A stretch of 34,038 bases of DNA, from the NCBI RefSeq assembly GCF_001194135.2, contig NC_068981.1, forward strand, positions 153,489,618 through 153,523,655, given 5' to 3'. The position numbers and the translations under genes were made by a program. This DNA is from Octopus bimaculoides. Taxonomy: Eukaryota. The notes beneath the pieces were generated by a model. The model was not told the DNA's origin and did not search any database. It saw only the letters and a list, made by a program, of their open reading frames with translations. This document shows, in pieces, positions 1 to 10,492 of the stretch (its first letter is position 1; the number at the start of each line of letters is the position of its first letter).

Positions 1-83
<83 letters not shown>

Positions 84-88
84 AAGAT

Positions 89-139
<51 letters not shown>

Positions 140-140
140 A
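1..140. repeat. Compound microsatellite (AG)n to (AAAG)n/(ATAG)n
   Basis: Read directly from the sequence. Confidence 0.95.
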
Positions 141-534
141 AATAGTGAAGAAATAGTATGATATCAGTGAGTCTGTGGATATAATGAAATAGAATGAGAG
201 ATTATGAGTAAAGGAGAGTAAAGAAGAGAAGAGACAACTGTTTTGAAATACAAGAGGTAACTGACATTCAGACAAACGAAAACTTTTTCAGCCACAAGAA
301 AATTGCTCTACTTCGGATGGCAAAAAGAAGACAACGATTATCGCAAGAAGTCAATATGCAATTGTGAATTTAAAAGAGAAAGAGCCCTAAAATGATATCA
401 AGAAACACAAAAAGGGTTTGGGATAAAATGGTTAAGGATAACTGAAAGAAGTCAAAGTGAAACATGAGAAAAAATGCAGAGAGATTTGAAGCAAAATGAT
501 TCAAAATTACTTCGTATATGTGTGTCCGTGTGTG

Positions 535-724
535 TTATTTCTTTACTACCCACAAGGGGCTACACACAGAGGGGACAAACAAGGACAGACAAACGGATTA
601 AATTGATTATATCAACCCCAGTGCGTAACTGGTACTTATTTAATCGACCCCGAAAGGATGAAAGGCAAAGTCGACCTCGGCGGAATTTGAACTCAGAACG
701 TAGCGGGCAGACAAAATACCGCTA
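535..724 (-). mobile_element. tRNA-derived SINE-like element, family B (5' end lost in N gap)
   Basis: Minus strand reads ...CTACGTTCTGAGTTCAAATTCCGCCGAGGTCGACTTTGCCTTTCATCCTTTCGGGGTCGATTAAATAAGTACCAG..., with a Pol III B-box-like GAGTTCAAATTCC. It resembles a common octopod interspersed repeat (recalled, not searched). A related fragment GTACTGGGGTCGATATAATC lies near 12325. Confidence 0.7.
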
Positions 725-956
725 NNNNNNNNNNNNNNNNNNNNNNNNNNNNNNNNNNNNNNNNNNNNNNNNNNNNNNNNNNNNNNNNNNNNNNNNNNNN
801 NNNNNNNNNNNNNNNNNNNNNNNNNNNNNNNNNNNNNNNNNNNNNNNNNNNNNNNNNNNNNNNNNNNNNNNNNNNNNNNNNNNNNNNNNNNNNNNNNNNN
901 NNNNTGTGTGTGTGTGTGCGTGTGTGTGTGTGTGTGTGTGCGTGTGTGTGTGTGTG

Positions 957-1249
957 TTTTATTCTTTATTTGTTCAGTCATTTGACTGTGACTATGCAGG
1001 AGCAGCACTTTAAAGGATTTTTAGTCAAAGAATTCTACCCCAGGACTTATTCTTTGTATGCCTAGTACTAGTTCTATCGGTGTCTTTTGCTGAACCACCA
1101 TGTTACAGAGACATAAAACACACCAGCATCGGTGTGGTCGGCTCGAGGCTATAGTAGAAGACACTTATCCAAGGTTCCACGCAGTGGTACTGAACCCGGA
1201 ACCATGTGTTTGGGAAGCAAGCTTCTTATCACACAGCCACGCCGGCGCC
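957..1249 (-). mobile_element. SINE family A copy lacking the central microsatellite module
   Basis: Reverse-complement similarity to the full copy at 30486-30872 in both head (GTGGCTGTGTG...GGTTCCGGGTTCAGTACCACTGCGTGGAACCTTGGATAAGTGTCTTCTACTATAGCCTCGAGCCGACC) and tail (CAGTCAAATGACTGAA). The middle is absent. Confidence 0.9.
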
Positions 1250-1321
1250 CATCTAATTTATATCTATATATCTATATAATGTGTAGTGTATGTGTGTGTA
1301 TATATATATACACACAAACAT

Positions 1322-1360
<39 letters not shown>

Positions 1361-1924
1361 TGTGTGTGTATGTATGTATGTATGTATGCATGTATCTATG
1401 TATCTATGTGTGTATAAAGAGGAACAATTTCAATGGGAAGTAAAAGAAAAAGGAATCTGCTGTCTTTTTTATGGGTACTACACTACTATTGTTTTTAAGA
1501 TATACAAAATACAGTGACCCATACAGTATGCTCGGATACTCAATATGTCTTAAATGGAACATTTGGAAGATTCTACATAAAACTTATGAATGTGTGTGTG
1601 TGCGTTTGCTGATGCGTGTTGACATATGTGTATGTATACATACACATATACATGATGATTGCCTCATCTTTTCAGATGATAACCGCCTCATATTCAGCCT
1701 GTAGTGAGACACCTGTACCTTATTGGATTTGAGTGACAAAAATTTGTACAACACTTCTGCTATTGTTTCGGTCGCCATAGTAGATCCGAGTGACAAACAA
1801 TGCAAGAAGATTTGTATTATTTTGACTGTAAGCTTTACGTCAGAGTATCTTTCTCCTAGAAGAGCTACCTGCCCCACAGCTTTGTCAAAAATAACGGGAG
1901 CCTCCTTTACTCTTGAGAAATCTG

Positions 1925-2080
1925 CTTAAGCCATAAATGGGACTCTGACAAGTTCTACCGTTTCGGATTGGAACGGACCTGAGAGAATGTTGATTAAGGG
2001 GTGACCCCCGCGCTTCCCACAACTCCCGAACTCCTGAACTGGAGCCGCCTCACCACCAGATGCACTTTAATTTCATCACA
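1925..2080. mobile_element. Putative interspersed repeat fragment
   Basis: GGAGCCGCCTCACCACCAGATGCACTTTAATTTCATC resembles a common octopod repeat module from memory. Only one copy is in the window, so it cannot be confirmed internally. Confidence 0.35.
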
Positions 2081-2136
2081 GTTTAATGCCTGCCTACATA
2101 CATACATACATACATAAATGCATTCATGCATACATA

Positions 2137-3041
2137 CTAGGTTTGATCAATAAGTATCCGGAATTTGGACTATTGCCATAGTAACGAAGTTAAAGCACAC
2201 AGAGTAAAGCTGCTTGGCACAGATTGACCTTGGACTCTGGTGTGTATGCACACTAAGTTTTAACGCTCTAGCTTACTTCCGCTGTATATACAGCAGTGCT
2301 TGGAAGGAACGGGTGTAGTGTGTGGTCGTTGCATTGACCATGACAGAGAAAGTTATCACGGCGATACCTGCTCAGAAGCCTACGCCAAGTTGTAGAAAGT
2401 GTATGGAGAGGAGTGTATGAGCCTCACACAAGAGTACGAGTGGTTCAGACGCTTCCGAGATGGCCGAAAAAATGTCCATAGTGATGAATGTCCTGGGAGA
2501 CTCGCAACCAACAGAACTGAGAAAAACATGTGCATGCAGCTGTGAGGGGAAATCGACAAATCAGCATCCGTGAGTTACCGGAGGATGTGCAGATTAGTTA
2601 CTGTTCAGTTCAGTCCATTATCACTGAAGATTTTGGCATGATACGCATGTCTGCCAAGTTTGTGCCAAACTGCTTTCAGCTGACCAAGAAGACACTCGGG
2701 TTTCAGCTGCATAAGATCTCTCTAACTGTGTCGAAAACGATGAAAACTTTTGAAAACTTTTGAAAACTTTGCGTAGGCCTCTGAGCAGGTATCGCCAAGC
2801 TTTTGGCAAAATTTGATGCAGATTCTCTGCTCAACTTTTTCTGTCATGGTCAATGCAACGATCACACGCTCCACACGTTCCTTCCAATTACTGCTGTAAA
2901 CAGCAGAAGTAAGCTAGAATGTTAAAACTTAGTACGCATGCACAGTAGAGTTCAAGGTCAATCTGTGCCAAGCAGTTTCACTCTGCGTGCTTCAGCTTTG
3001 TTACTATGGTAACAGTCCAGATACTTATTGATCAGACCTCG
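2137..3041 (+). mobile_element. Non-autonomous mariner derivative with long inverted arms (5' end duplicated in place of the 3' end)
   Basis: Left arm about 2137-2390 is the reverse complement of right arm about 2762-3041, roughly 80-85% identical by eye. Termini C(T/G)AGGT(T/C)TGATCAATAAGTATC. TA at 2135-2136. Both arms include the transposase ATG (2340 on +, 2847 on -). Confidence 0.9.
2340..2760 (+). pseudogene. Mariner transposase N-terminal (HTH) fragment, disrupted
   Basis: Stitched translation MTEKV..GDTCSEAYAKL*KVYGEECMSLTQEYEWFRRFRDGRKNVHSDECPGR..VHAAVRGNRQISIRELPEDVQISYCSVQSIITEDFGMIRMSAKFVP..ENDENF fits the mariner N-terminus. It has a deletion, stops and frameshifts, and no catalytic domain. 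Confidence 0.85.
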
Positions 3042-3134
3042 TGTATACAAACATCTATAATAATAAATGCCAAAACGAATTTCTGTGTATCAGTGTGTCA
3101 CACTTTGACCACCCTCTCTCACTATTCAATGACA

Positions 3135-3490
3135 CTTCTACTACTCTTACTGGGATGAGAGTAATAGTAGGCATAGAGACGGTGAGGGTGGGTAGGAGAT
3201 TGACAGCTGAGATGATACTGGGGTAATAGTAATAGGGTGATAGTAATAGTATGAGCTGTAGTTGTGATCGAGGTGGAAGCGACGGCGATGATGTCGGTGG
3301 CGGTGGTGGTAGCTGAGGCGGTCAAGCATGACGGTGATAGTAGGGGATGTGAAAGACAGTGGTGATAGTGGTGGAGGGGAAGGCGGCGAAGTCAAAGGTG
3401 TTGATAGTGGTGACGTCAAAAGTCTGAATGGTATGTGTATGGCAGTTGTGGTGGCGATGGTGGTTGTACTGGTGATGGTGATGGTTGAAA
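3135..3490. repeat. Degenerate GGT/GAT/TAG trinucleotide low-complexity tract
   Basis: Read directly. It generates the Thr/Ser- and Val/Gly-rich spurious ORFs. Confidence 0.75.
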
Positions 3491-3499
3491 TCAATCAGC

Positions 3500-3560
<61 letters not shown>

Positions 3561-4289
3561 NNNNNNNNNNNNNNNNNNNNNNNNNNNNNNNNNNNNNNNN
3601 NNNNNNNNNNNNNNNNNNNNNNNNNNNNNNNNNNNNNNNNNNNNNNNNNNNNNNNNNNNNNNNNNNNNNNNNNNNNNNNNNNNNNNNNNNNNNNNNNNNN
3701 NNNNNNNNNNNNNNNNNNNNNNNNNNNNNNNNNNNNNNNNNNNNNNNNNNNNNNNNNNNNNNNNNNNNNNNNNNNNNNNNNNNNNNNNNNNNNNNNNNNN
3801 NNNNNNNNNNNNNNNNNNNNNNNNNNNNNNNNNNNNNNNNNNNNNNNNNNNNNNNNNNNNNNNNNNNNNNNNNNNNNNNNNNNNNNNNNNNNNNNNNNNN
3901 NNNNNNNNNNNNNNNNNNNNNNNNNNNNNNNNNNNNNNNNNNNNNNNNNNNNNNNNNNNNNNNNNNNNNNNNNNNNNNNNNNNNNNNNNNNNNNNNNNNN
4001 NNNNNNNNNNNNNNNNNNNNNNNNNNNNNNNNNNNNNNNNNNNNNNNNNNNNNNNNNNNNNNNNNNNNNNNNNNNNNNNNNNNNNNNNNNNNNNNNNNNN
4101 NNNNNNNNNNNNNNNNNNNNNNNNNNNNNNNNNNNNNNNNNNNNNNNNNNNNNNNNNNNNNNNNNNNNNNNNNNNNNNNNNNNNNNNNNNNNNNNNNNNN
4201 NNNNNNNNNNNNNNNNNNNNNNNNNNNNNNNATGCCAAACTCGAGCGAAGAATTTCATACAGTTTCTCTGAAGAAAATAAAAAGAATAA

Positions 4290-4620
4290 AAAATAAAATA
4301 AACCAATATGATGACGTGTACAATTGTAACACAATTTCAGCGAGACAAGCCTGTTTGCGGAAGTCAACGGAATATTCGAAAATATCATGACCAGCACAGT
4401 CCCAAAGAAAAATCGTATACTCTAGATTTCGTTGAATAGAGAACGTTTTGAAAATATTACTTAAAACTAGAGACGGTCATTTCCCGTCGTTAACAAAAAC
4501 ATAGCTTGGCCTCTGCAATTTTATATTGCCCTCCTTTTCTGTCGTTTCTATTAGAAAAGAAAGTGCTTTCGCGTGTGGAAACGCAAAAGTCCGGAAGTGC
4601 ATTTTTCCTAAGCTTCACCA
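4290..4620 (+). promoter_or_regulatory. Candidate TATA-less promoter
   Basis: CCAAT 4303-4307, CRE-like TGACGT 4312-4317, ETS/GABP-type GCGGAAGT 4357-4364 and CCGGAAGTG 4591-4599. Unique sequence with CpG retained (24 counted in 4241-4752). Orientation is uncertain. Confidence 0.45.
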
Positions 4621-4706
4621 ACAGTGCACGCTAAGGTCTGTGGCAATACAAGCAGCTCGTTGCTATTCTACTTAACCCTAGCAGGTCTTCTTCAGGCGAT
4701 AGGGGT

Positions 4707-4724
4707 ATGAATGAAGGTGAAGGG
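4707..4724 (+). CDS. Speculative first coding exon (MNEGEG) ending at a phase-0 donor
   Basis: ATG AAT GAA GGT GAA GGG|GTAAGG follows the promoter-like segment and precedes a pyrimidine-rich, intron-like tract. The phase matches the phase-0 acceptor at 20237. No homology support. Confidence 0.2.
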
Positions 4725-4929
4725 GTAAGGAGACACTGAACGCATTCGCCGTGCCTCCATCTTCCTCCCCCCCCCCCCCCCCCCGCCTCATATCACCACT
4801 TTCTTTTTTCACTCATTTTTCTCCTACTCCTTCTCTCTCTTTCTCTCTTTCTCTCTTTCTCTCTCCCTCTACTGTCCCCTAACCCTCTCTCCTCTTTCTC
4901 TCTTACTCCTCCCTTCCTGCCTCCCTATT

Positions 4930-4942
4930 TATCTACCTATCC

Positions 4943-4986
<44 letters not shown>

Positions 4987-5040
4987 GTCTATCTATCTAT
5001 CTATCTATCTTCTCGCCTATTTTCTTTCCCTCCCCTTCTT

Positions 5041-5098
<58 letters not shown>

Positions 5099-5309
5099 TG
5101 TCACATTCTTTACATATACATACGCATTAGTGCACGCGCACACTTATATAAACGTGCATATGTATTTCTCTATATTTAGATAGATAGATAGATAGATAGA
5201 CGTATATAGAAATGGATTGACAGATAGACGAACATACAAATTAAGATTGATAAATAGACGGACAGATTGATAGACAGACAGATAGAGAGATAGTTATATA
5301 AATAAATAA

Positions 5310-5400
<91 letters not shown>
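4930..5400. repeat. Microsatellite cluster (TATC)n, (TC)n, (GATA)n
   Basis: Read directly. Confidence 0.9.
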
Positions 5401-6728
5401 TGTGAGTGTTTGTGTGTATGTGCGCGCTCGCACGCGATGTGCATGGGGTAAAATGAAAAAGAAAATGTTATTTTACTTCATATGTGTCTGTGTGTGCGAG
5501 CGTCTGTGTGTCTGTATGCATACACACACATATATATATATACACATAATCATATATGTAGACATCTCTCTTTATATGTGTATATGCATTTATATGTATG
5601 TGTTGTGTGTGTATGTATGTATGTATTCTTATAGATATGTTTCATTCCTTATTCTAGCTTACTCGCTTTTCCTCTTTGTCATTCTCTCTCTCTCTCTCTC
5701 TCTCGCTTGCTTTGCTCTCTCACTTTTTCTCTTTCTACTTTACAAGAATAGTTGTCACACAAATGGCCCGCTCTTCAGACTGTTGTTTCTGAGGGGAAAT
5801 AAATGCATCTCTTCCTCAAGCGCAAATGGAGGAAGCAAAAATTATATAAAACGTTGAAAAGAGAGGAGACAGAAGAAGAAGAAACAGTAGAGACTCGCCG
5901 ACTCAGCCGTATTATATTCTGTAAGGAAATGCTAAAGTTATACACTCAATGCAATTGCCATGCAAATGGGCTTTTAATAAAGGATACGTGTAATTGCAAT
6001 CGTATTTGTCCCAAAAATAAAAACAGCAATGCGACATTTTTTTTAACGATACAAGAAATCAATTCAACTTTCCCTTGAAAACCTATCATTTTAAATACAC
6101 ACTCAGAGAAACACACACACACAAACAAACACATGCATGTATCTAAAATCATATGTATAAACACATGTGTATGTGAGTGTATANNNNNNNNNNNNNNNNN
6201 NNNNNNNNNNNNNNNNNNNNNNNNNNNNNNNNNNNNNNNNNNNNNNNNNNNNNNNNNNNNNNNNNNNNNNNNNNNNNNNNNNNNNNNNNNNNNNNNNNNN
6301 NNNNNNNNNNNNNNNNNNNNNNNNNNNNNNNNNNNNNNNNNNNNNNNNNNNNNNNNNNNNNNNNNNNNNNNNNNNNNNNNNNNNNNNNNNNNNNNNNNNN
6401 NNNNNNNNNNNNNNNNNNNNNNNNNNNNNNNNNNNNNNNNNNNNNNNNNNNNNNNNNNNNNNNNNNNNNNNNNNNNNNNNNNNNNNNNNNNNNNNNNNNN
6501 NNNNNNNNNNNNNNNNNNNNNNNNNNNNNNNNNNNNNNNNNNNNNNNNNNNNNNNNNNNNNNNNNNNNNNNNNNNNNNNNNNNNNNNNNNNNNNNNNNNN
6601 NNNNNNNNNNNNNNNNNNNNNNNNNNNNNNNNNNNNNNNNNNNNNNNNNNNNNNNNNNNNNNNNNNNNNNNNNNNNNNNNNNNNNNNNNNNNNNNNNNNN
6701 NNNNNNNNNNNNNNNNNNNNNNNNNNNN

Positions 6729-6766
<38 letters not shown>

Positions 6767-6859
6767 CATACATATGTATATGCATACCTACACACATATA
6801 CACATACATGCACGTATATATATATTTTTATATACACATATATATTCATATGCATACAT

Positions 6860-6894
<35 letters not shown>

Positions 6895-6897
6895 CAT

Positions 6898-7056
6898 ATT
6901 CTTTTGTTCTTTTACAGGTTTCAGTCATTGGACTGCGGCCATGTTGGGGCACCGCCTTGAAGGGTTTAGTCGATCATATCGACCCCAGTACTTATTTCAG
7001 TCTGGTACTTATTTTATCGCTCTCTATTTGTCAAACCGCTAAGTTACGGGACATAA
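6898..7056 (-). mobile_element. SINE family A, 3' half
   Basis: Reverse complement contains GGCGGTGCCCCAACATGGCCGCAGTCCAATGACTGAAA and GTCCCGTAACTTAGCGGTTTGAC, as in 30486-30872. Confidence 0.85.
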
Positions 7057-7349
7057 AGGGACACAAGATGAATACCACCGCTTCTTTCCGAACGATGTGA
7101 CACTAACACAGATACATCTTTAGTAGTACATCAAACTATAAATTATTGGTGCATTACCTGGGTTTTGTTATGATGCTACCACACACTATCGTTTACCTGA
7201 TTTCCTGACGCTAATATTAATAGTTACTTTTATAGGTAATAACTCCGTGCTCAGTTGCAAGGGGTATTTGCTCCTTGACGAGGTTCTACTATAAAGATTG
7301 AAACCGCATCAGCTGATCTCTCATTTACTGTTCACAAAGTTGTTGTTTT

Positions 7350-7776
7350 TTTTTTGTTTTTTTTTTACTTATTTCAGCTATTGGACAGCGGCGATGCTGG
7401 GGCACCGCCTTGAAGTGTTCAAATGAACAACTCGATCCCAGTACTTACTTTTCAAAATGTAGTACTTGCTCTGTCTGTTTCTTTTGCCGACCCACTAAGT
7501 TACGAGGTCGTAAATATACCAACACCAGTTGTCAAGTGACGGGGATTGGACAAACACAAACGCACGCTCACACATACACACACACATAGACACACGCACA
7601 CACACACACACACACATATATATGACGGGCTTCCACATAGTTTCCCACAACCAAATTCCCTCACAAAGCATTGATCTCCCCGTGGTTATACTAGAAACCA
7701 CCTGCCCAAAGTGCCACGCAGTGGAAATGTTCTCGAAATCACGCTGTTGCAAATCGTACTTCTTAACTACACATCC
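7350..7776 (-). mobile_element. SINE family A, near full length, diverged
   Basis: Head, internal microsatellite and tail are colinear with 30486-30872 in reverse orientation. Confidence 0.8.
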
Positions 7777-8146
7777 AAAACCAAAATTGCTTTCATTCAT
7801 CAGTACAAACAGTGGTTGCTTAAACCTATAGGTATATTCCATAGAGCATCATAGCATCATTGCAAAACGCTGTTAACGCATCTGCAATTTATTAATCAAG
7901 CACACTACCAAGAATACGTTAGTTTACACAAATCGGTTTCTCCATTTTTTTCTGAAGCACTTATGATTAGTGACTTTCTACACAATACCTTGGTGAACAG
8001 CTTAGGAAAATATTCAGTCACTGATGATATCAGAATGTAAAGAATTATACCAGCTCAGCTGATATCTCTTCTTCTATCCACGAAGTTATTGTCTAATAGA
8101 AAGTTGTCTTCATTCTCACAGTTCTATAGATTTATTTTATAGTATA

Positions 8147-8188
<42 letters not shown>

Positions 8189-8198
8189 NNNNNNNNNN

Positions 8199-8230
<32 letters not shown>

Positions 8231-8600
8231 ATATTTACACACATATATACCGACACGCACACTCTTGTCATTAAAAACCACAATTACCTCTCAGAAGTCA
8301 AACATGTGAGTTACCCACCTGCGCTTTGCCCTGGTTATCTTCTCTTCTTTCTTTTCTTATCCCTTTTCCTCTCTTCCTTTCCTCGCTACCCTGGACTTAC
8401 TGTTTGTACCGAACGTAGGACTGTCCCCGAAACACTATCCCTTCACCCTATAGATTTGACTTTATAGCATTTTCCCTTCTTTGAACGTCAGCCTAATACT
8501 ATTAACTGTAATCGTCCCTAATACATTTTTTCGTATTTAATTTTGTGTTTTTTTTCTTATTGACCTGTGCGGATGTATATATATACATATATATATATAC

Positions 8601-8639
<39 letters not shown>

Positions 8640-8816
8640 NNNNNNNNNNNNNNNNNNNNNNNNNNNNNNNNNNNNNNNNNNNNNNNNNNNNNNNNNNNNN
8701 NNNNNNNNNNNNNNNNNNNNNNNNNNNNNNNNNNNNNNNNNNNNNNNNNNNNNNNNNNNNNNNNNNNNNNNNNNNNNNNNNNNNNNNNNNNNNNNNNNNN
8801 NNNTATATATACATAG

Positions 8817-8868
<52 letters not shown>

Positions 8869-9393
8869 ATGTATATATGTATATTTATATATGTATGTAT
8901 ATATATGTATATATATGTGTATATATATATATATGTGTGTGGATGTGTCTGTGTGTGTATGAGTGTGTACGTACGTACGTACGTATGTATGTATGTATGT
9001 ATGTATGTATGTATGCATACATGTATATAAAACTAATCAAGTGTTCATATGCACGTGTAAGCATGCAAATAGGCATGGGATATAAATACGTCTGTCCGTA
9101 GTCTTCATTTTCATGCAATTAGCGATATCAATAGACAATATAATATTGATATTACTGAGTCATAATAGCTGTGCTTTTATCAGCAACCATTCTCCGCTGC
9201 TTGTCTTGTATTCGTATTGTATGAAGAATCAAGCTGTGCAACTAATTTTATTGTATTTCTACTGACCTAATCATTACCAACCATCATCAACCTCATCCTC
9301 ATCATCCCCTTCACCATCATCCCCATTGTCAACCATCATCGGCAACACCATCATCATCATCATCATCATCATAAATGAATCAACTACAGATAG

Positions 9394-9600
9394 CTTCTGC
9401 CTAGTCGTTCGCCATACTGGAAAAGCAACCGCATCTCTCTATTTTTTTTAAAGAAATATTAGTGGTAGGGTGACATGAAGCATGTCATAGTGCTAGATAG
9501 GCAATGCCCATTATGTGAAGGACGGTAAGACATGGCTGGACCGTCTTTGATCATAAGTCTTCTCAGTCAAGATTTACCTGGAGCTAAACAACAACAACAA
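9394..9600 (+). mobile_element. Diverged SINE-like family C copy, 3' part with (CAA)n tail
   Basis: Ends ...GGCTGGACCGTCTTTGATCATAAGTC...ACCTGGAGCTAAACAACAACAACAA. Shares motifs with 9638-9815, 16164-16493 and 29741-29845. Confidence 0.5.
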
Positions 9601-9637
9601 TAGTCCTCGCCTTAAATCTAATTAGAAAATAATGAAG

Positions 9638-9815
9638 GAACTTCCACGTAGTTGATGGATGTACTAAAATGACAAACCAAATCTCCATCACTCAACAGCT
9701 TTAAATAAGTCGAGAGCACATTATATAACGTAGTCCTACGTAGCTCTACAAAACTGGAATGGAAGGCTTTAATTATAGGTCTGTCTGCTCGACAAGTGTT
9801 GGTCTTGGAGGCGAG
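9638..9815 (+). mobile_element. Diverged SINE-like family C copy, adjacent to the previous one
   Basis: CTTCCACGTAGT...ACCAAATCTCC...GTAGTCC...GGAATGG...ATAGGTCTGTCTGCTCGA. Same motif order as the other family C copies. Confidence 0.45.
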
Positions 9816-10418
9816 AATGAATAATAATCGTTGTCATAACAACCACCACCATCATCATCATAATTGTCGTCGTCATAAAATCTGAAATATCTTCCTTTTC
9901 TTTATCAAACTTAGTTTGATTAAATTTTGTTTAATGTTTAGCTTTCTATAAGAGGAAACGCTTTATAACTCAGTGATATTAAGAGAAATATGTTCTTGGA
10001 AGATTGTTTGAAGCAACTACAAAGCCCCTATTTTTAGCATGGTTATATGATCCGTTAAGGGTTAAATTTCTTTGCTGAAAATACAGCGCAGCTTCTCTGC
10101 CGAGATACGAAACTACGATTGTCCTAATACTGTAACAGATTAGTTGAAAGTTGTAACTTAATAGGAAGTTGTAATAAATATGTTGAGAGATACATTTGTG
10201 GATGGAATAAAAATATTATATGACACTTGAAGTGTTGTTGGATCACAACTGAATGTCTCGTCTCTAAGCAATGCGTCATGGGTGAGCCCTCGTGATGGTG
10301 TCCACCTTGCAGCAAAATCTAACTTCCAAAATACGCAATTACTCATATATTGTAAATAAATAGGGTATGTGAAGAACATCAAATCTACCTGGAATAGAAA
10401 CTGAAGGGTGGAGTTAGC

Positions 10419-10492
10419 TTGCCCTGTGAAAACTTGAACCACCGACCTTTCAGTTAATAGCCGAACATGCTAACCGATTGCGCCACAGAGAC
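10419..10492 (-). pseudogene. tRNA-Asn pseudogene (anticodon mutated GTT to ATT)
   Basis: GTCTCTGTGGCGCAATCGGTTAGCATGTTCGGCTATTAACTGAAAGGTCGGTGGTTCAAGTTTTCACAGGGCAA aligns without gaps to the conserved 74-nt metazoan tRNA-Asn. The anticodon stem is intact (one G-T pair). D-stem, T-stem and acceptor end are damaged. No downstream T4 terminator. Confidence 0.85.

Noticed and set aside
8295-8305. AG/GT-bounded 11-nt microexon candidate (CTCAG|AAGTCAAACAT|GTGAGT)
   Set aside because: Weak pyrimidine tract, frame-shifting length, and expected by chance in 34 kb.
10343-10380. *GYVKNI motif suggesting another transposase fragment
   Set aside because: Too short, and flanking translation does not extend the similarity.
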